Shown: one piece after another, positions 1-10,154 of the stretch
Layout of the letters: every line of letters starts with the position of its first letter
How positions within the stretch are numbered: the stretch's first letter is position 1
Source: Perkinsus olseni
Taxonomy: Eukaryota
Length of the DNA stretch: 34,685 nt
Assembly: GCA_013115125.1 (NCBI GenBank)
Contig: JABANN010000370.1
Span: forward strand, 1-34,685
Reading direction: 5' to 3'
Position numbers and translations under genes: made by a program
Notes under the pieces: generated by a model
What the model was told of the DNA's origin: nothing
The model's database searches: none
Seen by the model: only the letters and a program-made list of their open reading frames with translations

Positions 1-2147
1 CGCGTACACAACACTTTCACCAACGGGAAACCTCGTTGGTCGGACCCAAGCGCCGCGAGTGAGAGGATTTAAGATGTGGTAGGAATCCTGATGAAAAGAC
101 TGAATGAAGTCTAGGCCTGGCTTGTGAGCAGTAGCAGCAGCCTCCATAAGCCCTGACGCCGTGGCTTGAGTGATTGACGATTGATGCTATTGAAGTATTA
201 TTGTAAATGCGGCAGAGTGGATTCTTCCAACTTCAAACCCCAGATCCTCTACTACCACGTGACCCCGATAAGATCCTCAGTGGATACGAGGTAGCACTCA
301 GTTCTCGGTCTGGTCATCAATAGCCATCTGCAGGTTCACAACACCTTTGTAGACTTCCGAGGGCCCAGGCCTATGTTCATCCATCATTCAACAGCACCCG
401 CTGCTGTATTCCGGACTACAAGACTATCAAGGCCATCACTACCATCTCCTGAGATGCCCTTGACCGTGGGCCCGCCAACTTCACCCCAGAAGATAGTTCA
501 GGTAGTAGTAGATGGTCGTGTTATGCTGGTCCATCATAGCACGATGCTGTTGTTCCAGTCTCCTTTCAAGTGGGCTGATGAAGTCCCAGGTGAATCGACA
601 GCCTCCCTTGGTAGCATACCCACTATTGGATATCTACTACGACGCTACATTGTATTCTCAGTGATGCCGTCTCCCCAGAGTGCCGCAACAGCGCCGACAG
701 TTGTCGTTGAGGCTGCTGGGATGTGTGATTGGTCACCCTTCACTACTGCCTCCAGGTGGACTCCACCCAAACGGTAGTAGTATCATAACGCGGCCGCTCC
801 TACCTCTTCTGCTCGACTCAGTGTCCAAATCGCCTCCACTCCTCCGGTGCAATATATCGTACCTCCAGCTTCATCTTTCACGTCGAAGCAGTCGTCTAAG
901 AGACAGCAGGCGCCACCTCCTGAGCTACGGGATGTCTCACCAGGCCCTATATCCTCACCATTACCACCATGTGTGGCCACGTCACCAACGCTTTTCAATA
1001 CTACTACGAGTTCGCCGATCGGTCCACCAGCAATCATGGACTGGCGGGTGGAGTCGATGTACTCTCCGGCGTCTGTTAAGTGGGATGATCGTGACAATGG
1101 TCAGTACCGAGGACGCCATTCGTAATGTCACTAACTGATGCATAATCCTGGAGCCGTATCCGTGACTCAGATTCTATCCACCCCGGAGGCGTCTCTTCCA
1201 ACGGGAGGCTCATCATGGCGGAGGGACTATGCTGGTGATGACACAATAGCGTAGTGACGTTATCTTTATCATCGATATCAGGACGAAGCATCATCGTGCA
1301 GCCCCTCATGGAATGGTGACGGGGTTAGAAGTGCTGGCATACTACCCTACAGCCCCTCCAGGATGTCTGCTTCTCCGAGCTCGGTGGTGTTTGGAAACTC
1401 CCCCAACACTCGGCAAGATGATCATCATGGTATGTGTATCCTCTTCGCCCCAAACGGTACATTCCATCACAGGTTCTACTGCATGGACAGTTATATGGAT
1501 CGATGAGGTGGCATTCAAGAGTGATGCCAAGGCGAAGAAGGATGGTCTATCGGAAAGGTTTAAGGTGGGCCTTGTCGTCGTCAGCACCATATGGCCACGT
1601 GTAGTGGTGAGCGGCGGTAGGTGAGGGTAAAGGCCTACAAATCATCGGAGAAATGTATCCGAGCCTTCGACAAAAGATATAAGGAAAGGCCACCAAGCTA
1701 TGGTCATGTACAGAAGCAGATAGTGAGATCGTCGTCAAGCTAGCGTCCCAGCCAATGCATCTTTATCAGATTGTGGTCAGCGAAGGCAATGCAGAAGAGT
1801 TGTTGGATTATCTCCATCGTGGGAAGGAGTGGCTGGCTCAAAAGCTCATCATATTGGGGGTAGTAATGGTAGACAGGGCTCATTGGGCATGGATTCTATG
1901 CAGCCTACGAGTGGTCAACTCAGAAGGCGAAGTAAACTTATCTCGGCAACTGCTCGGAATTGGGACCAACTCATGGGAGTCGTTGGGAGGACTCTTCGTG
2001 AGGCGTCGTGACGGCCATAAACACAATTAATGCATGTGTATTAAAGTGAACAAGTATTGTTAACTGCTTATGCTACCACTTACCTGCCACTACCTTACAT
2101 CATCATTAACTCACTTCGGAGATTTCACTGCTCATAGTGGTCTCCAT
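1..2147 (-). CDS. Probable multi-exon hypothetical protein, divergent from the ARF-GEF gene; 3' end runs off the window; exon structure unresolved
   Basis: Minus-strand ATG at 2147 (METTMSSEISE) is followed by a GTGAGT donor. Successive minus-strand open segments follow (1342-1590, 1076-1309, 783-1097, and ...GGCRFTWDFISPLERRLEQQHRAMMDQHNTTIYYYLNYLL near 485-635). No domain recognised. Confidence 0.35.
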
Positions 2148-2291
2148 CTTGCGATGTCAACTTCTATCATCCTTCGTTAATACTACATGAAAGACGATAA
2201 TTTTACTACTACCATTGCCTTGTGTTCAGCATGGGCCCTGCTAACGCTTTTGCCTGACTTCGTTCAACCACTGCAGTTTTTCCCCTTCACT

Positions 2292-5200
2292 ATGGCTACT
2301 AGTGAGGGCTCTTCTTCCTCTGCTGAGAGCGGGCCTGAGGGGGGTAGTGTGGGCCAGCAAAAGCAGCGAGGTATGGGATCAGTCCCGGTGTGGGTTGGGG
2401 CGAAGTATCCTGCCAAATGTGTGAAGAATGAGATACATAATATACTTACTGTACTGAAGCTGGAGAAGAGTGAGAGGTCTTGGTCACATCGGTCGGCCAT
2501 ATTCCGTGAGGGTGCCATAAAGCAGTTTCAAGCCCTATTCGACGAGCTTACCTATCTTGACGACTTCAATGAGTTCGACACTGTGCGCTACTTGGCACCG
2601 TTTTTAAATGTTATCCAAAGCGAGGACGCCAGTGGTCCTCTCACTGCTGTGGCTCTGGATAGTGTTAATAAGTTCGTATCATTTGGTTTGATACCGACTG
2701 ATAAGATGGGCCCTAAGGCTATCAATACTCTGGTGGCTGGGGTTATCAACTGCCGCTTTGGTGCCGAGGGTACACCTGATGATGAAGTCGTTTTATTGAA
2801 GATGATAACAGTACTTGTTGATGCACTGAGATGTCCCACAGGGGCCCAACTCACTGATGCTTGCGTATGGCAGATGGTAAGGAAGATACATCAAGTAGCC
2901 AAGCAGCCTATGGGGCTATCACATCTGCTCAGGAGTAGTGCTGAGCAGCAGCTTACACTCATAGTATTGACCGTCTTCAATCAGCGTGGTGGTGGGTGTA
3001 CACCTCCTAGTGGTGGGAATGGCTACTCAGTATCAGCTAGGTATTGTCTACTACGGTATATGGCCTTCCTTATGACAGCTGGTTTCCCAGGCTCGGAGGG
3101 CCCAGAGGGGCAGAGGAATTCGGTCACCACCCAGCAGGGCAACACCTCGTCTTCGTCATCAGTCCGATCGAGGACACCACAGAGAGGGACCCCACCGCAG
3201 CAGTATCGTCACGCTAGGGCCCCTAGTCCTGAGCCTTACGGCGGTAGTGACCCTGAGGCTGAGATGAGAGATCTTTTTGAAGAGGGTGGCAGACTATCAC
3301 TAGGAGGACCCTTCAAGGCATCAGACTCTGTCGAAGCAGCAAAGGCCATGGAGGAGACTAGGTCCCTTGGACTGAGCCTGCTCAATGTAGCGCTGGAGAC
3401 CGGTGGGGCTGATATGTGCAACCATGAAGCACTCATATCTGTTATACAGAATGATATCTGCAAGGCTCTTCTTATGAACTCTACTGCTAATGAGAGCCTT
3501 CGGGTGTTATCGGCTACGTTAAGGGCGGTATTTAACTTATTCCAGCATTTCAAGCGGCACCTCAAGGTACAGTTGGAGATCTTCTTCACCAGTATCCACC
3601 TAAAGATGGTACCAGCATCAGGGAATATGTCGATGGACCAGAGAGAGCTAGCATTGGAGTCCCTATTGGAGTTCTGTCGAGAACCGGAGCTGATGGTAGA
3701 GCTGTATGAGAACTACGACTGCGATGTCCATTGTACTAATCTATTCGAGAGGTTAGTCAAGCTGCTCATGAGTGTTGCTAATGATACCGAGCCGGTTACT
3801 GAGGAGAGGGCGGCTGGAGAGGCATCACCTGCTGTGCAGAATGAGCGGAAGAAGAACTTGGCGAATATGGCCTTGAATGGTCTATTGGCGATAGTTAGAG
3901 GCATTGCGGTCCGTACTGAGCAGGCTTCGAAGGAGCTGTCTACCCAAGGGAATCTACCAGCCCTAACGCGTACGGATACACAGCCTGTGGACGTGGATGA
4001 TACAGCACAGCAAGGGGCGAAGCTTGAGCTCAGGAAGGAGCAGAAGCGAAGGTTGGCCCTGGCTGCTCAGGCATTCAACTCTAGTCCCACCAAGTGTGTA
4101 CCAACCCTGCAGTCTTTGGGCCTCCTTCCCGACCCTATCACTGCCAAGGCCTTTGCACATTTCTGTCGGCATACCCCAGGCCTCGATATGAAGGTACTGG
4201 GAGAGTTCCTGGCCAAGAGACAGGACTTCAATGGTGAGATCAGGAAGGAGTTTATGAGCTCTTTCAAGTTCGCTGGTATGCCGGTAGTAGAGGCCCTTAG
4301 GCTTATGTTGGCTACCTTCCGACTGCCTGGTGAGGCTCAAGAGATCGAGAGAATTGTTGAATCATTCTCTCTGGCCTACTTCGGGGCCCAACAGAAGGCA
4401 CCATCTGAAGAGGGTCCTGATGCTAGGCTAGTGTACAGGGAGTGCGAGGTTGATGCTGATGGCAACCCGACTGACCCTGTTGTGATGCACTCTTCTGACA
4501 CGGTATTCATACTGAGCTACTCGTTGATCATGCTGAATACCGATCTGCACAATCCAATGGTGAAGAATAAGATGTCATTGGAGGAGTTCAAGCGCAACAA
4601 CAGAGGCATCGATGCTGGTAGGGATCTCGACTCGGACTTCCTCACGGATATCTACAACTCCATCCATGACGAGGAGATACGCCTTTTCGACTCGGCCCCA
4701 GGAGCGGAGAGGATAGTGGACCAGAGAGAGTGGGATAACCTGATGAGGAAGTCCTATGAGGTTGGGGAGTTCTCATTGGCAACTGGTGGTAGCTGGTCTC
4801 TAGCACACGATAAGGCAATGTTCAAGGTGGTATGGAATGATGGTGATATCTTGGATAGCTTATCGAGGTCCTTCGCTACCGCTGATGCCTTCCAAGTCTC
4901 CTTAGCTGGGTGGATAGATCTGGCCCGTGCAGCTGCCCTACTCCGCCATGCTGATGCTTTCAATAAGATTGTGTGCCGTCTTAGTGAGTTCTTCTCGCCG
5001 CCGTTGACCGTCAGATTCCAGCTAGCCGCGCAGACTCTGGGCATGTGGCTCCGAGAATATGGCTTCCTTCTACAGGACAACGGATGGAGGGCCATAATGA
5101 GCTGGCTCGCTGGCCTCTGGGCACTAGGCTTGCTACCGGATAGTTTATCCGAGTTGGAGGACTTTGTTGACTCCCATGGCAAGCCTTTGGTATCTATTGC

Positions 5201-6953
5201 TCCTGAAGCCTTCCAACCTCCAGGAATGGCCCCCTTGTTGAAGTCGACACGTAGCCACTCCCAGAGTGAGGATGCTGCTAACAACAGCGGCTTCCTTGCT
5301 GTACTGTCAAGCTACTTCGGTGGTGTTAGTGACTCGGATAGTGAGGATGGTGACGAGGGTGACGAGGCTATCTCCCCAACAGCCTCCCTCAGGAAGGCTG
5401 AATCAACGGTATCTCAAGTTATGCCACTGGAAGCTGTTCTATCAGCACCGCACAGTGCTACACCAGAGGGTGTGGATAATGTCGAGACCCATCTCAAGAA
5501 GCAGCTGGTGATGGATCCTGTTAGACTGGCGGACTGCTTCTCCGCTGACCGTATAAGGCTTTTGGGTATACCTAGCCTCAAGGCCTTGGTCACTGTCTTG
5601 TGCAAGGAAGCTTCATGGGTACCAGAGCAAGATCCCCCAGGTGGTTCTTGGCAACCCTGGGCTCAGTGGCGTAAAGTGGCGGACCCTGTCATGAACTTGG
5701 AGATCCTCACTACGGTGACTACATCGGTCTATGTGTCCAGTGCGGAGCCTAACCTCTGCCGTGATGTTGCTGCACCCCACCTCCTCTCTCTGCTTCAGTA
5801 TGCTCATGAACTGCCAGATGAAGCTCTGGAGAATCCTGCCTTTTTGGAGAGGGCCGCGGTGAATGCTATGAGGATTTGCGTAAGGCTCATAGAAGCCGAC
5901 GATGGTTTGCCTTCTGTGCGAAGTCTACTGCTCAGCCTGGCCTCCCTCCCAAAGGAGGTCTTCGCCAGGGTGGCAGAGCGGGCGGCCAGTGGTTTACTTT
6001 TATTAGTTCGTCAACGACAACCTGACGAGGATACTCTCAGTGCGATCCTTGCTCTACTGCAAGCGATAGCCGAATGTCCATCGACTTCAGCGGTCTCCTT
6101 CAACTTCGCTATGCAGTGTGTATCCCATCTTGCTAATTCGGGCCTCTCTCCGGCGTCATCTCTCCTCTACATATCCCTTACACGTGTGCTGTGTGCGTTC
6201 TCCATCTGCCAACTTGACGAGTCCCTAGCCGGCAAGTCACTGGACGTACTGTCAGCATTACTACCGGCTGTGATATCTCAGGCCAATGGCGAGCTCGATG
6301 AGTGGCTCCCGTTGTGGATCCCTACTGTGACCTCTGTCGCCACTATTATCGTGCGTACTAAGCACGAGGCCTTGGTTGGTCGGGCTGAGAACACACTACG
6401 GGTTCTGTTACTGGAGGGTCCGCAGAACCAGATACCTCCTCAGTATTGGGTTAAGCTCGTCACGGATATCTTCATACCATTATTACAGCAATATCATTCT
6501 GCTACTCTCAGCAAGGTGGCTCTAAGAGTTGTCCTCTATCATCTCTCCAAGTCCCAGGGTTTATGGGGCCATCCTATACCATCTCTAGTGGACGCTGTCT
6601 GCAAGTGCCCCGGCGCCGATCTCGATGAGGGTCTTGTGCAAGGCGTTCGTAACCTCCTTATGGTCACTGCAACAGACCCTGACCTGAGGGACACTGATAC
6701 TGCTCATCAGCTGCTCACTATCGTAAGGACCCTACTCCCCGTGGCTGCCGAGGGGTTGGAAAGCATCCTCAACTGGGGACAGCAGGAGGAGGAGTCTGAG
6801 AATGGCCGGAGCCCTGATGCTGGTGGCGCACCGGTAGAGAATGAGCCTACCCAGAGTAACGGTGTTACACAAGTTGATGGTGTATCCCCCAAGGGTTCGG
6901 CTAACGAGGAGTTCGAGGAGAACCAAGCTCCAGTAGAGCCTCCTGAAATGTGA
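2292..6953 (+). CDS. GBF1: GBF1/Gea-type large ARF guanine-nucleotide exchange factor (DCB-HUS-Sec7-HDS); single uninterrupted ORF
   Basis: DCB-like YLAPFLNVIQSEDASGPLTAVALDSVNKF; HUS box YENYDCD; Sec7 motif 1 FRLPGEAQEIERIVESFS with the catalytic Glu; motif 2 LSYSLIMLNTDLHNP. The ORF is open from ATG 2187. ATG 2292 (MATSEGSS), after a pyrimidine tract and AG, is the preferred start. Confidence 0.93.
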   Translation: MATSEGSSSSAESGPEGGSVGQQKQRGMGSVPVWVGAKYPAKCVKNEIHNILTVLKLEKSERSWSHRSAIFREGAIKQFQALFDELTYLDDFNEFDTVRYLAPFLNVIQSEDASGPLTAVALDSVNKFVSFGLIPTDKMGPKAINTLVAGVINCRFGAEGTPDDEVVLLKMITVLVDALRCPTGAQLTDACVWQMVRKIHQVAKQPMGLSHLLRSSAEQQLTLIVLTVFNQRGGGCTPPSGGNGYSVSARYCLLRYMAFLMTAGFPGSEGPEGQRNSVTTQQGNTSSSSSVRSRTPQRGTPPQQYRHARAPSPEPYGGSDPEAEMRDLFEEGGRLSLGGPFKASDSVEAAKAMEETRSLGLSLLNVALETGGADMCNHEALISVIQNDICKALLMNSTANESLRVLSATLRAVFNLFQHFKRHLKVQLEIFFTSIHLKMVPASGNMSMDQRELALESLLEFCREPELMVELYENYDCDVHCTNLFERLVKLLMSVANDTEPVTEERAAGEASPAVQNERKKNLANMALNGLLAIVRGIAVRTEQASKELSTQGNLPALTRTDTQPVDVDDTAQQGAKLELRKEQKRRLALAAQAFNSSPTKCVPTLQSLGLLPDPITAKAFAHFCRHTPGLDMKVLGEFLAKRQDFNGEIRKEFMSSFKFAGMPVVEALRLMLATFRLPGEAQEIERIVESFSLAYFGAQQKAPSEEGPDARLVYRECEVDADGNPTDPVVMHSSDTVFILSYSLIMLNTDLHNPMVKNKMSLEEFKRNNRGIDAGRDLDSDFLTDIYNSIHDEEIRLFDSAPGAERIVDQREWDNLMRKSYEVGEFSLATGGSWSLAHDKAMFKVVWNDGDILDSLSRSFATADAFQVSLAGWIDLARAAALLRHADAFNKIVCRLSEFFSPPLTVRFQLAAQTLGMWLREYGFLLQDNGWRAIMSWLAGLWALGLLPDSLSELEDFVDSHGKPLVSIAPEAFQPPGMAPLLKSTRSHSQSEDAANNSGFLAVLSSYFGGVSDSDSEDGDEGDEAISPTASLRKAESTVSQVMPLEAVLSAPHSATPEGVDNVETHLKKQLVMDPVRLADCFSADRIRLLGIPSLKALVTVLCKEASWVPEQDPPGGSWQPWAQWRKVADPVMNLEILTTVTTSVYVSSAEPNLCRDVAAPHLLSLLQYAHELPDEALENPAFLERAAVNAMRICVRLIEADDGLPSVRSLLLSLASLPKEVFARVAERAASGLLLLVRQRQPDEDTLSAILALLQAIAECPSTSAVSFNFAMQCVSHLANSGLSPASSLLYISLTRVLCAFSICQLDESLAGKSLDVLSALLPAVISQANGELDEWLPLWIPTVTSVATIIVRTKHEALVGRAENTLRVLLLEGPQNQIPPQYWVKLVTDIFIPLLQQYHSATLSKVALRVVLYHLSKSQGLWGHPIPSLVDAVCKCPGADLDEGLVQGVRNLLMVTATDPDLRDTDTAHQLLTIVRTLLPVAAEGLESILNWGQQEEESENGRSPDAGGAPVENEPTQSNGVTQVDGVSPKGSANEEFEENQAPVEPPEM

Positions 6954-7066
6954 TGATGATGATACTGTTGTCTATATACTCTTGTTATACTTACTATGAT
7001 GTTCATGAATCGTGTTAACTCAATAGAGAGCTTTGGGATAGATCAGTTGGTGTAGTACAAATAATT

Positions 7067-7108
7067 CAGCATCATCATCATCAGCATCATCATCATCATC
7101 ATCATCAG
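7067..7108. repeat. CAT/CAG trinucleotide microsatellite (intergenic/UTR)
   Basis: CAG(CAT)4CAG(CAT)7CAG read directly. Confidence 0.9.
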
Positions 7109-7204
7109 ATCGTGTGCTTCTGGCCACTAACTGTAATTGTCGTCTATCACGCAGTTCAGGCCCTCCTCGTGTCCCTCTTAGTGGTTTGTCCGACATCAGA
7201 GGAG

Positions 7205-10062
7205 ATGGCCCAGCAGGCTACCCCGTATCGAACGCCCCTTGCGGAGCTCTTCTCACTCAAAGTCATCATTGATGGCTGCGTGTACCATATACCCTTGCCT
7301 GGACACGTCGAGTGTGAGTCCATCACATTCAGCCGTCTGCATCCCCGTCTTGTGCTACTCTCCTGTCAGGTCACTCTCCCACTCACAATATCGATGTGCT
7401 AGTCACTAGGAAGCCACGCCGGAAGCGGTTAGGACGTCCAAGAGGCCGGAGTGAGAGGAGGTGGCCTTCTGCGCACGATTTGCGCCCGTCCACGGCTCCA
7501 GAAAGGAGGCACCCAAGTCGTGGAAGTAAGCATTGCGCTCAGCCTTCAAAGTTCGGTCGATGTTTATCCAGCGACCTGTTGCAGTTCACCATTGTCAACT
7601 TTGATACCTCTCAGGATCGTCCTGGCGGGACTTGAGGGCCGACTTATCCTATATACCACCAAGGAGTGGCCTCTCCCCTCTCAAGCGGAAGCGCATCTTG
7701 CTCGGCCGGATCAGCGATATCAGCAAGCTTTGCCGGATGTCGGGCTTGAAAGGCCTCCCTGACACGACAACACCTAAGATGTACGCCCAGCAGGTGAGCA
7801 GCCACGCCTTGCACGGACCACTACTTCGTCTCTCATGCGCAGTTCCTCAACCTACCAGCTGATACTAACCTATCCCTGGGTCGTGACGATGCTGTCGTTG
7901 TGGTATCAGCTATAATAGATTGGTTGGAAGAGCCTTTGGGGTCGCTGTGGCACTTTCACATTGAGTTGGGCGACAAGCCTGGCTCGCCTTCAACTCTCTT
8001 CTTCGTACACGATGGGCTAAAGAATGTTACTAGTAAGGTTCATCAGGACGGAAGCCAACGTATCTTGCCTTCCAGACTTACATCCTGATCACTTGCCCAT
8101 GATGAGGCTCATCGAGTTCTACCTCTATGTATCCCAGCGTTGCCAGCAATGGGGGCGGAGGTCTGTAGCGGATAGTACTTCAGCACAGTCTGTGGAGGGA
8201 TCCTCGGTGTCACACTCCAAATCAGTCGTAGCGTTGTTGGAAAGATCAATAAAGAGGGTTCATGTCAGGTAGGCAGAGGATACGATACGAAGCCGCTGCC
8301 GCTCTTGTCACTTCTCCTTGGCCTTCAGGGCTCAAAGGTTCATCACCCTGCTCAAGTGCCGCGGAGGCGTCTCGGCCCTCGGGACTTGGCAGAACTGGGC
8401 TAACTTCCAGGACTATGAGCTCTCAGACGTGGACGATGTTGGGAGATTAGGTCGGAGGGAAGTAACACTTATCGAGGACGAAGTACAGTACTTGTCGCTG
8501 CATGAGCGCATGACCCTCAGTGGGTGGGCCATCAGGTTCATCGTCAGCGAGACAGGTTGGTGTTGGGTATGCGGCATGTCGTAGCAAGGCTAGGAGTTTT
8601 GCGGTTGGATGGATCCAACCTGATAGATAATGATGAGCTTGGTAGTGAGCGCGATTGATGATAGCCTGCAGCGGTCAGTACGCTCAGGTTCTCGGCCTGG
8701 GTTTGCAGCCCTTTATAAAGTGGTAGCAGTGGCGGCACAGGACATGAGACGAAAAGCAGGCACCACTGCTACCAACGATGGGGCCTCTGTTGATGGTCAC
8801 AGTGCTACTCAACAGCGGCCTCGTTCAGCAACGGTCGATGAGAACTGGGGAATCTTGGGTGCTAAGAGCTGGCTCAGGGCAACCTATCAGCCCGTTAAGT
8901 TATCGGAGTATAGCGAAGATGACATTTCCTCAGACGAGGACGAGAAGGTAGAAGTCCCCATGTAAATCATCAATTGTGACCGTCCTTGATTATTGTTAGG
9001 ATTTGCCGATTGAGGATAAGCGATTCCAAAAATTGACTCGGAAATTGGAGATAGACCCGAATGCTGCCAGGATGATTCAAGCTGCTTTCACCAGTTTGAT
9101 GACAGCAGAGGGGTCTAGGACGATGGACAAGAAGGCATTCCTTCAGTTGTGCAGGAGGTGTATTCTCTATAAAGTGAGCGAACACACCTCGATGGACTCC
9201 GTTGCCGCGGAATGGTTCGCGGAACTCGATGTTGATGATGATGGTCAAGCTAGCTTGAAGGACATACTGAAATGGTACAAGAAATTCTCGCTCCATCGGG
9301 ACAGCTCGAGGAGCATCATGCGACGGAAGCAGCAGCCTAAGATGAAGAGAAAGAAAACTTTGAAATCGAAGATCCGCGCCATAATGAATATCTCGAAGAC
9401 TTGTAAGGGGGAGGGTAAGGTACATCAGAATGCCCGGGAGGCCGGTACTCCATCGCGGCCAACATCTACCGGGGAAGAGAAGAACGCAGTCGGGTTGGCT
9501 CGGTTGAAGAGCCAGAAAAGTGTCAGAATTGAGGCGACTGAAGACTCAGAGGTGGACGTACCCAAACACGCGATCTCCCGCTGGCTGCAGTCTAGTGCTA
9601 CCGTCGGCAGCTCGGGGTGTGATGCAAACTCGGAGGCGAGTATGAGCGCTAGGGATCGGATTGCTGTTAGGCGGGATCGGGGTCCTCTACCAGTGATCAG
9701 GGGCAGTAAACGGGATATGCAACGGTACCGTCAACAACAAGAAGACATAGCTGATGAGATACGTCATATGAACGGGGCGAGCCCAGTAGATCAACCGAAG
9801 TCCCAAACCTTCTTCAAAGCTGCGGCTGGGCTTGGGACTAATCTACGGCGAGTTGATAGGCAGCTGGTCGAGGAGATCAAAGCAGGGGTGAAGGCTCCCA
9901 GGCCTCGGTCCAGAGAGGCTAAGTTGCTCTTGAAACGAAAGCCTGACGTCTTGAGGCCGTTGACCAAGGTGTGTAGTCAAAGACGTGTAGTAGATAGCAG
10001 AATACCTACCAAGCATGATCCTGGAAAGCGATCCGGGACGTAGCCGCCGTTGTGTGAAGTAA
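7205..10062 (+). CDS. Multi-exon hypothetical protein with an EF-hand and a basic low-complexity C-terminus
   Basis: Exon-like + strand segments run from ATG 7205 (MAQQATPYR). ORF 8630-8965 joins ORF 9003-10043 through a phase-0 GT-AG intron 8948-8999 (DEDEK|DLPIEDKRF). EF-hand loop DVDDDGQASLKD. Stop is at 10043, or at 10062 if a final short intron is used. Linkage of the 5' exons is not fully resolved. Confidence 0.55.
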
Positions 10063-10154
10063 ACCATTATGTGGTCGCGTTGTAGTGAATAAGGTGGGCA
10101 GTGCATACAGACGGGTCAGTATTGAGCTCCGCTCATCTCGTCCTTCTCCGAGAT

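Noticed and set aside
373-2030. Several + strand ORFs of 60-152 aa
   Set aside because: Ser/Pro/His-rich overlapping frames with no motifs; they look like antisense shadows of a minus-strand gene.
2264-7006. Minus-strand ORFs inside GBF1
   Set aside because: Antisense shadows of a long, clearly conserved ORF.
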